A stretch of DNA of 63,437 bases, filler included, from Octopus bimaculoides (GCF_001194135.2; 7 parts of 6 records of this genome joined end to end with filler, not necessarily neighbours in it); one strand, 5' to 3'. Numbered from the whole stretch's first letter, positions 37,987 through 50,407 are shown. Numbers and translations: made by a program. Notes: generated by a model not told the origin, from the letters alone.

Positions 37987-38238
37987 CTGGCAGTGTTGGC
38001 TATGATGCTCAAAATATCTGGCAGTGTTGGCTATGATGCTCAAAATATCTGGCAGTGTTGGCTATAGCCTAGTCACCCGTATTACGAACCAGGTGATACA
38101 CGAAGGAGTCATACCCAATGACTGGTGTAGCATCATCATAGTCAACTGCTACAAAGGTAAAGGTGACGCTTTAGATACAAATAATTACAGAGGCATCAAG
38201 CTGTTAGATCAGGTTATAAAAGTTACAGAGAGGGTCAT
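37980..38238 (+). mobile_element. RTE-clade LINE RT fragment with a 31-bp unit repeated 2.8 times at its 5' end
   Basis: EGVIPNDWCSIIIVNCYKGKGDALDTNNYRGIKLLDQVIKVTERV (RT domains 0-1). The unit aaaatatctggcagtgttggctatgatgctc repeats over 37980-38065. Truncated by a gap. Confidence 0.85.
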
Positions 38239-38907
38239 NNNNNNNNNNNNNNNNNNNNNNNNNNNNNNNNNNNNNNNNNNNNTTAATTAATTAANNNNNN
38301 NNNNNNNNNNNNNNNNNNNNNNNNNNNNNNNNNNNNNNCACACATTCACACCCACAAACCCACACAAACGCGCACACACACACATAACCTACTTACATAA
38401 CCTACAATAAATTGAATCAATTGCTTCACCTTTCGCATTTAGTTAAACCCATCGATAACAACTCATGATCAGGCTGATTGATTCTTGGGAAGGGGGGGGG
38501 AATTTGGGGGATGAGGATCTACACTTACAACACTGTCGTCGTCTGTGCAACTCTCTGTCACTCAGTCTCTCCCTCTATAAAGTTTGGTCGGTGCCATGCA
38601 AATAACTTTTGTTCCTTCACTCATTTTGCAACTTCTGCCGATTAAAAATATGAATGATATATATAGATACATATATATATATTCGGCTTTTGATTTGAGT
38701 TTATCTTGTTTGTTCTATCACACACACACACACGTACACGCACACATGTACACACACATGCACAGACGTACACGCACACACACATACACACATACACACA
38801 CCCACACGCACATATACTGTGAATATGAGTATAAACATATAATGTAGCATAATATATATGAACTATATGTATGAATATCTATATAATTGTATATATATGT
38901 ATGTACT

Positions 38908-38938
<31 letters not shown>

Positions 38939-39457
38939 GTGTGTGTACATATATATATATATGTATATATATGTGTATATATATATATANNNNNNNNNNN
39001 NNNNNNNNNNNNNNNNNNNNNNNNNNNNNNNNNNNNNNNNNNNNNNNNNNNNNNNNNNNNNNNNNNNNNNNNNNNNNNNNNNNNNNNNNNNNNNNNNNNN
39101 NNNNNNNNNNNNNNNNNNNNNNNNNNNNNNNNNNNNNNNNNNNNNNNNNNNNNNNNNNNNNNNNNNNNNNNNNNNNNNNNNNNNNNNNNNNNNNNNNNNN
39201 NNNNNNNNNNNNNNNNNNNNNNNNNNNNNNNNNNNNNNNNNNNNNNNNNNNNNNNNNNNNNNNNNNNNNNNNNNNNNNNNNNNNNNNNNNNNNNNNNNNN
39301 NNNNNNNNNNNNNNNNNNNNNNNNNNNNNNNNNNNNNNNNNNNNNNNNNNNNNNNNNNNNNNNTATATATATATATATATATATATATTTATTCATTTAT
39401 AACGTTTTTAGAAAAGCATAAATCCGGAGAAGTACACTCTAAGAAGTAGAGGAGTCT

Positions 39458-39651
39458 ATATTTATTACAGGTGAAGGCTGCTTTATAGGGTTACCCTGGG
39501 TCCTTTGCCATAAAGGGTACCTTTATGTCGTGTCTTCAGACCCTAAAACCTGTTGGCCTATAGGAGTATCTGAAAATACGCCATTAAGTTACCCCTTATG
39601 GCAAGAAACCCAGGGTAACCGAATAAACCGGCCTTCACTAGTAATAAATAT
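39458..39651. mobile_element. Hairpin MITE, ~83-bp imperfect arms and ~28-bp spacer in TA context
   Basis: atatttattacaggtgaaggctgctttatagggttaccctgggtcctttgccataaagggta versus the reverse complement of the right arm, atatttattactagtgaaggccggtttattcggttaccctgggtttcttgccataaggggta. Confidence 0.75.
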
Positions 39652-39958
39652 ATATGTGTTTGTGCATGTGTGCGCATGTGTTTCTGTGTATACATACATA
39701 TATGCGTGCATATATACATATGTACAAATAGTTATGTATATTTAGAGAGAAAATGAGTGAAAAAAAAAGAATAGAGAGAGTAAAAAAGAAGAAGAAACAA
39801 ACCTTTAGATTATATGCAGGTATATGGGTGCATATGTTTGTGTATATAGTTGTGCTTGTGTGTGTGCACGCGTGCAAGTGGGTGAGTGTATGCGTGAGCG
39901 AGCGATCGAGCGAAAGAGAAAGAGAGAGAGAAAGAGCGAGAGCGAGAGAGTGTTTGTT

Positions 39959-40013
<55 letters not shown>

Positions 40014-40222
40014 NNNNNNNNNNNNNNNNNNNNNNNNNNNNNNNNNNNNNNNNNNNNNNNNNNNNNNNNNNNNNNNACACTTTGCTTATTTTGAAAGTAG
40101 TATGGGTGTGTATATGTGTGTATGTGCATGTTTGTGTATGTAAGTGCGTATGCGTATGTGCTTGTGTGTGTATGTGTATATATATGTTCGTGTGTATGTG
40201 TGTTTATATGCATATATTCATG

Positions 40223-40255
<33 letters not shown>

Positions 40256-40789
40256 ATATGTTCACGTGTATGTTTGGCTATGTGTGTATATGTGAATATA
40301 CATGTATGTGTCTCTATATGTGTGAGCGCGCGTGTGTGACACCCGACAACTTATTGGAATCTTAATGTTTACAATGCAAATCCTCACATATCAGATGTTG
40401 TTATTATCGATGTTGATGTAATTGTTGTTGTTGTTGTTGTTTTTGCTTAATCTCATGTAACAGACGTCCGTGTGATCATACGATGAAAGACATTTCTTCT
40501 GATCCCTCTTCTCTTTCATTGTGCCATAGTGTATCTCGTAGTACACTGTTGAATGTGTTATGTATTTAGTCTTTTTTTGGGCTTGTGATTTGAGGGAGAC
40601 ACAGCTGTATTTCTTGCTTATCGAGCAACCACGTTGATGTAAAGGTATTTCCATAGAAAACGGTTAGGAGTGTGATGTTGTGGCTGTTATACCTTTTCCA
40701 TGTGCATTAATGACGTAAGGGATTTGTTTCCATTATAATGAGCTTACAGTTGAAACTGAGTTTGGTGATTTATGTTGGTGGAGTACTGC

Positions 40790-41002
40790 CGCCGCCGCCA
40801 CCACCGCTACCACCACTAACACCGTCATCACCACCACCACCATCACCACCAACCACCACATCACATCGCCACCACCGCCACCATCACCACCATCACCACT
40901 ATTACCTCTACCACCATCACCAACACCAACACCACCAACATCAGCACCAACACCACCACCGACACCCCCATAACAACAACAACAACAACAACAACAGCAA
41001 CA
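40790..41002. repeat. (CCG/CCA/CAC/CAA)n compound trinucleotide microsatellite
   Basis: Direct reading; explains the poly-Pro/His/Asn ORF 40738-41022. Confidence 0.9.
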
Positions 41003-41370
41003 TGACGAGAGTTCTTAAGTGATATATAATTATGATACATGACTATGATTCATTGCGGGTTGCGTGTTTTCAAAGGTTTCAGTCAAGGCGTAAAACCCTA
41101 AACTTGGTCATAAGATTAATCATATGATTTATCATAAAACCCCAAATAAGTTGATGTATTAAAAAACTAAAATCGTTCTACAAAGAAGGATATCTAGTCT
41201 AGTGGCGGTCTGCCTGTGGGAAGGTCCTGAGCATGTGAACCTTCTCCAACACTCCCTATACGAGTTAGGAGGCCTCATACCTTTCGCTGCCGCCTTTACG
41301 TAGATTACTGGAACTTTGGATATTATGACTAGATTTCGGATGAATACTGGAGGGTTTTCCTGTTGGCTTA

Positions 41371-41565
41371 GTGTGGCTGTGTGATAAGACGTTTGCATCC
41401 CAACCACATGGTTCCGGGTTCAGTCTCACTGCGTGGCACCTTGGGCAAGTGACATCTATTCGGGCTGACCAAAGCCTTGTGAGTGGATTTGGTAAAAGGA
41501 AACTGAGAGAAGCCGGTCGTATATATGTATGTATATGTGTGTATATATATACATACATATATATA
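41371..41565 (+). mobile_element. SINE family A 5' half
   Basis: gtgtggctgtgtgataag..ggttccgggttcagtctcactgcgtggcaccttgggcaagtg..accaaagccttgtgagtggatttgg. Confidence 0.85.
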
Positions 41566-41689
41566 NNNNNNNNNNNNNNNNNNNNNNNNNNNNNNNNNNN
41601 NNNNNNNNNNNNNNNNNNNNNNNNNNNNNNNNNNNNNNNNNNNNNNNNNNNNNNNNNNNNNNNNNNNNNNNNNNNNNNNNNNNNNTATA

Positions 41690-41724
<35 letters not shown>

Positions 41725-43344
41725 ATGTATGTATGTTTGTATACCAGTGGCGACTCCGGCAGCCCGAGTATAAATTTAGTAAAGTGAACGTGTATTTACA
41801 AGCTGATTTAATACCAATACTGACTTCAAGTATGTAATTGCAGCCAATAACTCAGGCTCTTTTTATTGAGCCTCGTCGAGGTTCATTTATTTTCGTTCAG
41901 CGTCTGGCGGTGTCTTAGAAGTGTCCTGAGTCAAAAAATATCATTCGTAGCAGACGTTCTCTCGACATCGGTCACACGCGCCTGACTCGGCTCAGAAGTT
42001 ACAGCCCAAGTTGTTATCTATAATCGTAAAAATTAAAAGTAATTCAAATTCAGTGTTTTCTTGAAACAATAAATTTCTATAGAGATTAGGATTTAAATTC
42101 CAATCTATGAAAAGTTTCCGTTCTACAATATTTTTAAAGGAACGAATATTTATCCAGCAACTCAGGCTAATACGAGAGGTTGAGAAATATGTCTTACTGC
42201 ATATAGTTACCTTTTGATAAAAACAGCCAATGGGTCCTGCGCCACTTTCTACTATGAGTATTTTAGTCGTCACATCAACTAAACTACCTCTTCATTAGCG
42301 TGTAAGTAGCTGAATACTCCACAGATATGTGTACCTTTGGCAGGTACCGTCTCAAAACATTGGCACATTGGTCAATCGCCTGGGAAGCTTGCCTAGAAGC
42401 CAAGTATTAATCTATGTATGTTATGGTTGCTGTCAGTAAATATAGGGAGCCATATTGTAAGGGGAGTACATATTGCAAAAGCAGATTTTGACCTTATGCC
42501 AACAGAATCAGCATAACAAAATGTAATAATGCCGACCCATTAAATTACCGATCCGATTCATCCGACAGGATGGTAGAAGATTCCTGTTCAGCCAGTTTTT
42601 TTTATTCACAAGGATTGAAAAGATCCAAGCTGTAGTAGAAGATATTTCCTCTAGATATCACGCAGTAAGATCGAACCCAAAACATTAGTGTTGCAGAAGC
42701 GTGTTTCTTAACCACTCGTCTATGCACCCGACACTGGTCAGTACCAGAATTTTTAATGATAACAGTAAAAAGACAATCAAATAAGAATACGCAATGATTA
42801 ACAGAGGCAGGAAATGGTTGAAATGAAAAGCACAAATATATATTTTCTGTCATACATATTTCCTGTTGCACACACAGATACAGACACATACAAGCACAGA
42901 CAGACACACACACACACACACATACACACAAACACATACATACACACAAACGCACACATACATAGACACATACACACACTGGTACATACATATTAGCACA
43001 CACTTGCAATGAACACATACACACTCAAAAGCATACACGCACTCACACACACGCACACACATAAGCACACGCACACACTGTCACACTCATACACAAACAG
43101 AAATGCATCGAGACATCTACACGCACATAAGCACATACATAGACGCGCATACAGATATTCACATACACATAAATATACGCATAAGCACACACACACATAC
43201 ACTGCTATATACATAGACACACGTGCCTATACAATCTCAGACACACGTATACACACACATATGCACACATATGCATATACCACATACATACATGCACACA
43301 CATATACACGGACATGCACATACGCGCGCGCGTGTGCACACACA

Positions 43345-43393
<49 letters not shown>

Positions 43394-43724
43394 AAACACA
43401 TACTAAACCCAAAATATCTCTGTGCTTCGCCGGATTTCATATTCAGTTGATTCAGGATTACGAAGACGCCATTGCAGTGGCGGATGTCGAGATTCTAAGA
43501 ACAGAAACGAAATGAAAAATTACCAACATGAAAAACGGTAATAACAACTTCTAATTTAAGTACAAGACCAGAAATTTTCAGGGTGATTTATATAGTCGAT
43601 ACCATCGATCTCAATACTTTACCTTATCGACCCTGGAGGGATGAAAGATCAATTGCAAGAATAACAAAACTATGTAATGCTTACGGCGTTTGTTAAGATC
43701 TCTGCTATATCTCTACGATTGTAA

Positions 43725-44285
43725 GTGCATCCAATTCAACAGCTTGCTTTCTATCAGTCTTGAATACGGTTCCAAAATCCTTAAACTTCTCCACTTGTCT
43801 CAGTGATGTTCCACTAACTTTGCTATCTTCAGTTCGATTTTTGTGCTTATCCTCTTCTATGGTCATGAATGTTGGGTATTGACCGAAAGAGTACGATCAT
43901 GTATTCAAGCGACCTAAATGGCCTTCCTCAGAAGTAGGAATGCCACTCTGGAGTAACGTTACTCGATAGTGTGCATAGTTCAGAGGTCAGGAAATTTCTC
44001 CATATCGAGCCGCTACTTTTTTGCATTGAATATTACAGAGATGTGATTACAATATCGAAGAAAAGAATAACAAGACTGATTCTTCGAACCAAATCAACTG
44101 GCAAGAGACATAAGGTCAGACCAAAAACGAAATAGTTGGATAATATTCATAATCTCAGTTGGTCACACTTCGGAATCAAACTAGAAAGTCATGACGGATG
44201 CTTGTGATAGGGCCCCATGGAGACGATTACACAGGATTCTAACCCCCCATCCCAAGGAATAGTGGGTGGAGAAGATGGATGGGTG
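43725..44285 (+). mobile_element. RTE-1/Expander-like LINE 3' end with an inverted 5' segment
   Basis: Plus strand 43824-44190 reads IFSSIFVLILFYGHECWVLTERVRSCIQAT*MAFLR..GVTLLDSVHSSEVRKFLHIEPLL..STGKR..RPKTK*LDNIHNLSWSHFGI, with tail gagaagatggatgg. Minus strand 43823-43725 reads KVSGTSLRQVEKFKDFGTVFKTDRKQAVELDA. Confidence 0.8.
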
Positions 44286-44369
44286 TATTAGCCATGTTCA
44301 GTCTATAAGGAACAGTCGCTCAATATGCTAGATATAACAATCGAATCTTACCCAAATTAGACATTACAA

Positions 44370-44660
44370 TGTCGATTGATGTTGTATGAAGGAGTTGTGT
44401 AGTTTGGTGTTCGTTCTTTGTGTGTAACTGCGTTGTATGATGCTAAAAGTTGATGTAGTATGATGGTGTTGTATAATGGTGTTGTATGAGGGTGTTGCAC
44501 GCCGTGTTTTATGATAGTTTTGTGTGATGACAATGTATGATGCTGTATGATGCTGTATGATGCTGTATGATGTAGTATGATGGTGTTGTGTGATGGGAGC
44601 ATTATGTAGTAGTATTGCATGATGGTGTAAAACAGTGTTACTTAATGATGTTGTTGCTGT
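44370..44660. repeat. Degenerate TGA/TGT-rich minisatellite (gtatgatggtgtt-like units)
   Basis: Direct reading; a second tract of the same type lies at 45330-45830. Confidence 0.75.
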
Positions 44661-45329
44661 TTTATGTAAAACCACTTCTTTTGAAATAGATTCGAGATAT
44701 TTGGAAATAACTGCCATGTCACAAGCGTCCTTCTCTACGTAACTAAAACTAATAACAGAAACAATAATTATTTTTCTGCAAGCGGCCCAACTTAGATGTG
44801 TTTCACCAAGTTATACTGTGAATCTCTATTCCTTATTAGCTTTAGAGGGAGCTCAATTTCACGTTATCTCTGCTTATAATATCAATACACTCACTTTGAA
44901 TTTAATCGTAAAATGTCTGAAAGGAGGTAATATTGCAAAAACGATAAACAACAGTTACAGAGGAAAAATAGAGCTACAATAGAAAAAAAAAACCCATAAA
45001 ATACTACGATAAAAATATTTTTCGTGTTAATTCAAATAACATTGGAAAAGGATTAAAATAAATATGGGGCAAAAGGAAAAACGAATGAACTTATCTGACA
45101 ACCCAGTAGTTGAGTGGTTTTCGTCCTCAATTAATTAGGGTTGGTGCTGATTGCTGACAAGATCAACAATAATAGCAACATCAAAAGCTATATAGAAATC
45201 AATAATTGCACTAATACTGCAAAACAGCGCTGATATCACATATAGCAGTTTGATATTACATATCGAAGCTTGATATCACATACAACGGATTTGAAAGATA
45301 CAAAAATACAACTACAAATGTTGATGCTG

Positions 45330-45830
45330 TCGTATGATGTAATAGCATGCGCTTACATGAGAATATTGTATGATTGCATTATTTGATAGGGTTACATGAT
45401 GAAAATTCTATGACTGTGCTGTGCGGTGGCGTTGTATGATGGTTTTGTATGATGATGTTTGATGACTGTTATGTAACGAGTTGTATGATGAAAGTCTTAT
45501 GATTGTGTTGTGTGGTGGCGTTCTATGATGGTTTTGTGTGATGGTGCTTTATTAGTGTTGTGTGATGGACTGTATGATGGTGTTGTATGATGGTGTGGTA
45601 CGGAAAGGTTGTGTGATAGAATTGTATGATGAAGGCTCCTTGGCTATCTTGCGTGGTGGCATTGCATGATGATTTTGTGTGATAGTGTTTTAGGATAATG
45701 TTTTTCTGATGGACTGTATGATAGTGTTGTTTGATGATCTGGCTAGGAAAAGGCTGTGATAATGATGGTCTTTGATATTACTGCATGACGGTGAAGCATA
45801 ATGAACTTGTATGACGGTACTGCGTAATAC
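45330..45830. repeat. Degenerate gttgtatgatg minisatellite with longer-period internal duplications
   Basis: Recurring tgcggtggcgttgtatgatggttttgt / tgtggtggcgttctatgatggttttgt / cgtggtggcattgcatgatgattttgt. Confidence 0.75.
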
Positions 45831-45944
45831 TTTTTGTCACTGTTGTTGTTTAGTCCCAGAAACATCATAAACGAGCCAGCCTGTGATCTAATGCTTTCCA
45901 TCTACGACCATTTCGTGATTTTATGAATTTTCGTGACTACATTA

Positions 45945-46277
45945 TCTATATATATGAAAATGAGAATGCGTGTCTGTCTGTCTGTGTGAATCCCTAAAAC
46001 TCGAGAACTACGCAACCAATTTCATTCAAATTTTACACATGCCTTACTTAGGGTTCCAGTTGTGTTTTAGTCAAAAAATTATTAACTTCTTGCAGAGTTC
46101 GAGCACACGGCAACATAATATCTCCTCCACTATTTAAGTATTACGTGTCAAAAGTGAAACAAAAACACTCATGTCAAATACTTTCACTTTAAAAATGAAA
46201 CTATTTCACTAACTGAAACAATCACATTTCGATACTGTAGTGACAGATACTTTCACAGAGAGAGAAAGAGAGAAAGA
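45945..46277 (+). mobile_element. Non-autonomous Helitron/HINE-like repeat, 5' part
   Basis: a|TCtatatatatgaaaatgagaatgcgtgtctgtctgtctg..aactacgcaaccaatttcattcaaattttacac: a TC start, (CTGT)n tract and DINE/HINE-like core. The same 5' end occurs at 31166. Confidence 0.55.
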
Positions 46278-47322
46278 NNNNNNNNNNNNNNNNNNNNNNN
46301 NNNNNNNNNNNNNNNNNNNNNNNNNNNNNNNNNNNNNNNNNNNNNNNNNNNNNNNNNNNNNNNNNNNNNNNNNNNNNNNNNNNNNNNNNNNNNNNNNNNN
46401 NNNNNNNNNNNNNNNNNNNNNNNNNNNNNNNNNNNNNNNNNNNNNNNNNNNNNNNNNNNNNNNNNNNNNNNNNNNNNNNNNNNNNNNNNNNNNNNNNNNN
46501 NNNNNNNNNNNNNNNNNNNNNNNNNNNNNNNNNNNNNNNNNNNNNNNNNNNNNNNNNNNNNNNNNNNNNNNNNNNNNNNNNNNNNNNNNNNNNNNNNNNN
46601 NNNNNNNNNNNNNNNNNNNNNNNNNNNNNNNNNNNNNNNNNNNNNNNNNNNNNNNNNNNNNNNNNNNNNNNNNNNNNNNNNNNNNNNNNNNNNNNNNNNN
46701 NNNNNNNNNNNNNNNNNNNNNNNNNNNNNNNNNNNNNNNNNNNNNNNNNNNNNNNNNNNNNNNNNNNNNNNNNNNNNNNNNNNNNNNNNNNNNNNNNNNN
46801 NNNNNNNNNNNNNNNNNNNNNNNNNNNNNNNNNNNNNNNNNNNNNNNNNNNNNNNNNNNNNNNNNNNNNNNNNNNNNNNNNNNNNNNNNNNNNNNNNNNN
46901 NNNNNNNNNNNNNNNNNNNNNNNNNNNNNNNNNNNNNNNNNNNNNNNNNNNNNNNNNNNNNNNNNNNNNNNNNNNNNNNNNNNNNNNNNNNNNNNNNNNN
47001 NNNNNNNNNNNNNNNNNNNNNNNNNNNNNNNNNNNNNNNNNNNNNNNNNNNNNNNNNNNNNNNNNNNNNNNNNNNNNNNNNNNNNNNNNNNNNNNNNNNN
47101 NNNNNNNNNNNNNNNNNNNNNNNNNNNNNNNNNNNNNNNNNNNNNNNNNNNNNNNNNNNNNNNNNNNNNNNNNNNNNNNNNNNNNNNNNNNNNNNNNNNN
47201 NNNNNNNNNNNNNNNNNNNNNNNNNNNNNNNNNNGTAGGTGTAATGGTAGCACACTTGTCGCGAAAACATAGAGGTGTGGGTCCGAGTCCCACGCGTACG
47301 GAAATCCCCACTCTTTAGGTGC

Positions 47323-47585
47323 AGGAGTGCCTGTGTGGTAAGTAGCCTGCTTACCAGCCACATGGTTCCGGTTTCAGTCCCACTGCGTGAAACCTTAGGC
47401 AAGTGACTTCTGCTATAGCCTCGGGCCAACCAAAGCTTTGTATATGTGTCTGTCCTCCCCCTTCGCTTCACAACCGATGTCCGATGTTGATGTGTTTACG
47501 TCCCCATAACTTAGCGGTTCGACCAGAGGCGGTGCTCTAGCATGGCCGCAGTCAAATGACTGAAACAAATAAAAGAAAAAAAGAA
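47323..47585 (+). mobile_element. SINE family A, internally deleted full-span copy
   Basis: Runs from head aggagtgcctgtgtggtaagtagc through tail gcggtgctctagcatggccgcagtcaaatgactgaaac. Confidence 0.85.
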
Positions 47586-49282
47586 TATATATATATACTT
47601 ATGTATATTCCTTTATACATATGTATGTATATATGCATGCATGTATGTATGTATGTATGTATGCATGTAAGTGTGTGTGTGTGTGTATACACACACAAGT
47701 TGGAACACCTTTTTCTTTAATTTACCCTTATTTTAAACTTCTAAATCAATTTTTTAAATTAATTTTTTTACCCATTTTTATACGTTAGCTTATCCTTACT
47801 TTTTATAACGCTCCACTTTCGCACATATTTACGCATCTAAAATTATGTATTATTGAATACACACGTTTAAAACAGAACTGAAGAAATATATAGCCCACAA
47901 ACACTGGCTCCATTAAGCACAAAGGCTAGAATTCCCACATATTAAACCTATGTTTATAGTCCAAAGAACCCCTAGAAACACACAAATCAACAAACTTCAC
48001 ACGTATCCACATCTTCTTATGAACATTAAAGCACAAGATAAACAAGTTTCTATATTAACGCCACCATGACATACCAGATAAATAACCCCCACCTTCCGAA
48101 TACAAAGAGGAAATATCCTAAGTAACAATAACTGAGCAGCCAAAACATACGACCTACTTACATTCTTTTGTAAACCCTTAAAAAATTCCATTACAAAAAC
48201 GTGGACACATCCAATTGAATACCGGACTAAACTGAATCTTTGACTATTACGTTGTCAAACCAAACGATTAGATACTGTAAAAGCAAAGATAACAAAAACT
48301 ACTGGCACATTCTAGACCTACCTACATCTTTTTTGTGAACCAATAAAAAATAATCCCATGACCTGAAGGGAACTCACCTAAACATTTATACCTGCTTACT
48401 AAGTACTACAGACATGAATAAATTCTAAACAACATAACCCCAAACTTAATCAATAAAAAGTTTTCCAAAACACCTCTCTGCCACAACCCACCCTACAACC
48501 TAATTAGAATTCCACTCAGACCTACATATCTAAGGAAAATTTTAACTCAACAGAGATTAGATAAAGCCGAAATTAACTTCAATGCATCATAGTCGATCGA
48601 TGGTTTAGCAGGCCGAAACTTCGAAATCACTGTCAATAATATTCTTCTTTAAGAATAAAAAAAAATATGAACTCTATAAAAATATAGAATATCCCATCAG
48701 ATAAATGTAAAATTGCTTTTATTATAACTGAACATAAAAACAAGCATTAATGTGTGTGTGTGTGTGTGTGTGTGTGATTTCGGTTTAGTTTCGGATTTAG
48801 AATTCTTATAAAGTATTCTTTTGCCTTTCGTAGTTTGATCATTTCCGTCTTTCATTCTGAAAGAAGGGAATATTTAAAATTTTTCATTTGCACAAATGTC
48901 TCGATGTTTACTAGATGGAACATTTCAAAGAGAGGAATCTTTAATTTTTTGTTTGTGCACGTTCACACAGTCGGTTAGTTTTGTTCCTGTTTTCCCAATG
49001 TAATTCTCGTTGCATTGACATGTGATGCAGTACATGAGATTTTCTTTATTTTTGCTTTGCATTCACTTTCAATTCCTTCCCATTCTTGAATCTTTTGGTT
49101 GTTCCTTGTTCAATTGTTTCATATGTCCCACAAAGTGAGTCCCCCCCCCCACATATATTTATATATATATATATGGAGAGAGAGAGAGAGACAGATAGAT
49201 ACTTAAATATGTACCTACATAAACAAGGAATTAGGTAGACAGATAGGCAGACAAACCGATAAACAGACAGACAGTCAGATAG

Positions 49283-49313
<31 letters not shown>

Positions 49314-49545
49314 GATAGATAGATAATTTGATTGATTCACTTCTCTAATATATATCATTAGATTTTTCAATATTTTCAGCTGAACTCCCCACCGCCATAA
49401 TGAATATTTACGCAAGCAGTTGCAAAATAAGCTACATTTTACACATATATATATGCCAACATTCACATCCTCATGCATGTCGACGTACACATTCACATTC
49501 ACACGCACAAACTCCATCCCTCCCCTTCTTTCTTCCTCTCTCCTT

Positions 49546-49600
<55 letters not shown>

Positions 49601-49933
49601 TCTCTCCATCTCTCTCTCTCGTCTCGGTTACTCAATAAGCATTTTATAAGCTGGAAAGACAGTTTTGTGTCAGGCAGAAAATACTGTCTCATTTACGCTG
49701 TTAGACTTTACAATTATCCTGTCATTTAACCGTACCGAATATCAGTTTAAATCTCTATTAGCTGTGTGTGTGTGTGTGTGTGATTACGTATGTAAGCATG
49801 TGTATAAGTTTTAAAAATGTGCGTTTGTGTGTANNNNNNNNNNNNNNNNNNNNNNNNNNNNNNNNNNNNNNNNNNNNTTAATTAATTAANNNNNNNNNNN
49901 NNNNNNNNNNNNNNNNNNNNNNNNNNNNNNNNN

Positions 49934-50407
49934 ATGCAAATACACACAGATAAAGAAATTAAGGCAAATAGACCAGATATAGTTGTCAAAGATCATGAAG
50001 AAAAAAAAATGCTTTCTAATTGATGTATCAATACCAGCAGATGACAACGTTTCCCTAAAATAAATGGAAAAACTTTCAAAATACAAAGACCTGGAAATAG
50101 AGGTAACTCGAATGTGGAATCTAAAAACAGAAACAATTACTATCATAATTGGTGTCTTAGGTATAATAAAAAAAATATTCAAACAAATACATAACTAAAA
50201 CACCAGGACTTACAAATATATATAACATACAGAAAATTGCACTACTGAGCACTGCACCATTCTACGCAAAACACTTTCAATACAGTAGCCATAAGAGCGA
50301 GCATCACAGCAAACCACAGCACATACCCAAGGCACACAGAGCTGCGCTCGGTAGTGAAGTGAAAGCACGTTATAAAAATAAAACTACTGAATAATAATAA
50401 TAATAAT
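49934..50407 (+). mobile_element. 3' end of a second R4/Dong-type family (REL endonuclease) ending in (AAT)n
   Basis: HTDKEIKANRPDIVVKDHEEKKCFLIDVSIPADDNVSLK*MEKLSKYKDLEIEVTRMWNLKTETITIIIGVLG..IQKIALLSTAP, the PD-(D/E)xK type. Tail actgaataataataataataat. Confidence 0.88.

Noticed and set aside
47700-48690. A/C-rich 1-kb block ending in ..ggccgaaacttcg.. as a PLE with a hammerhead
   Set aside because: No readable RT or EN motif, and no CUGANGA core or GUH triplet in the right register. Left unassigned.
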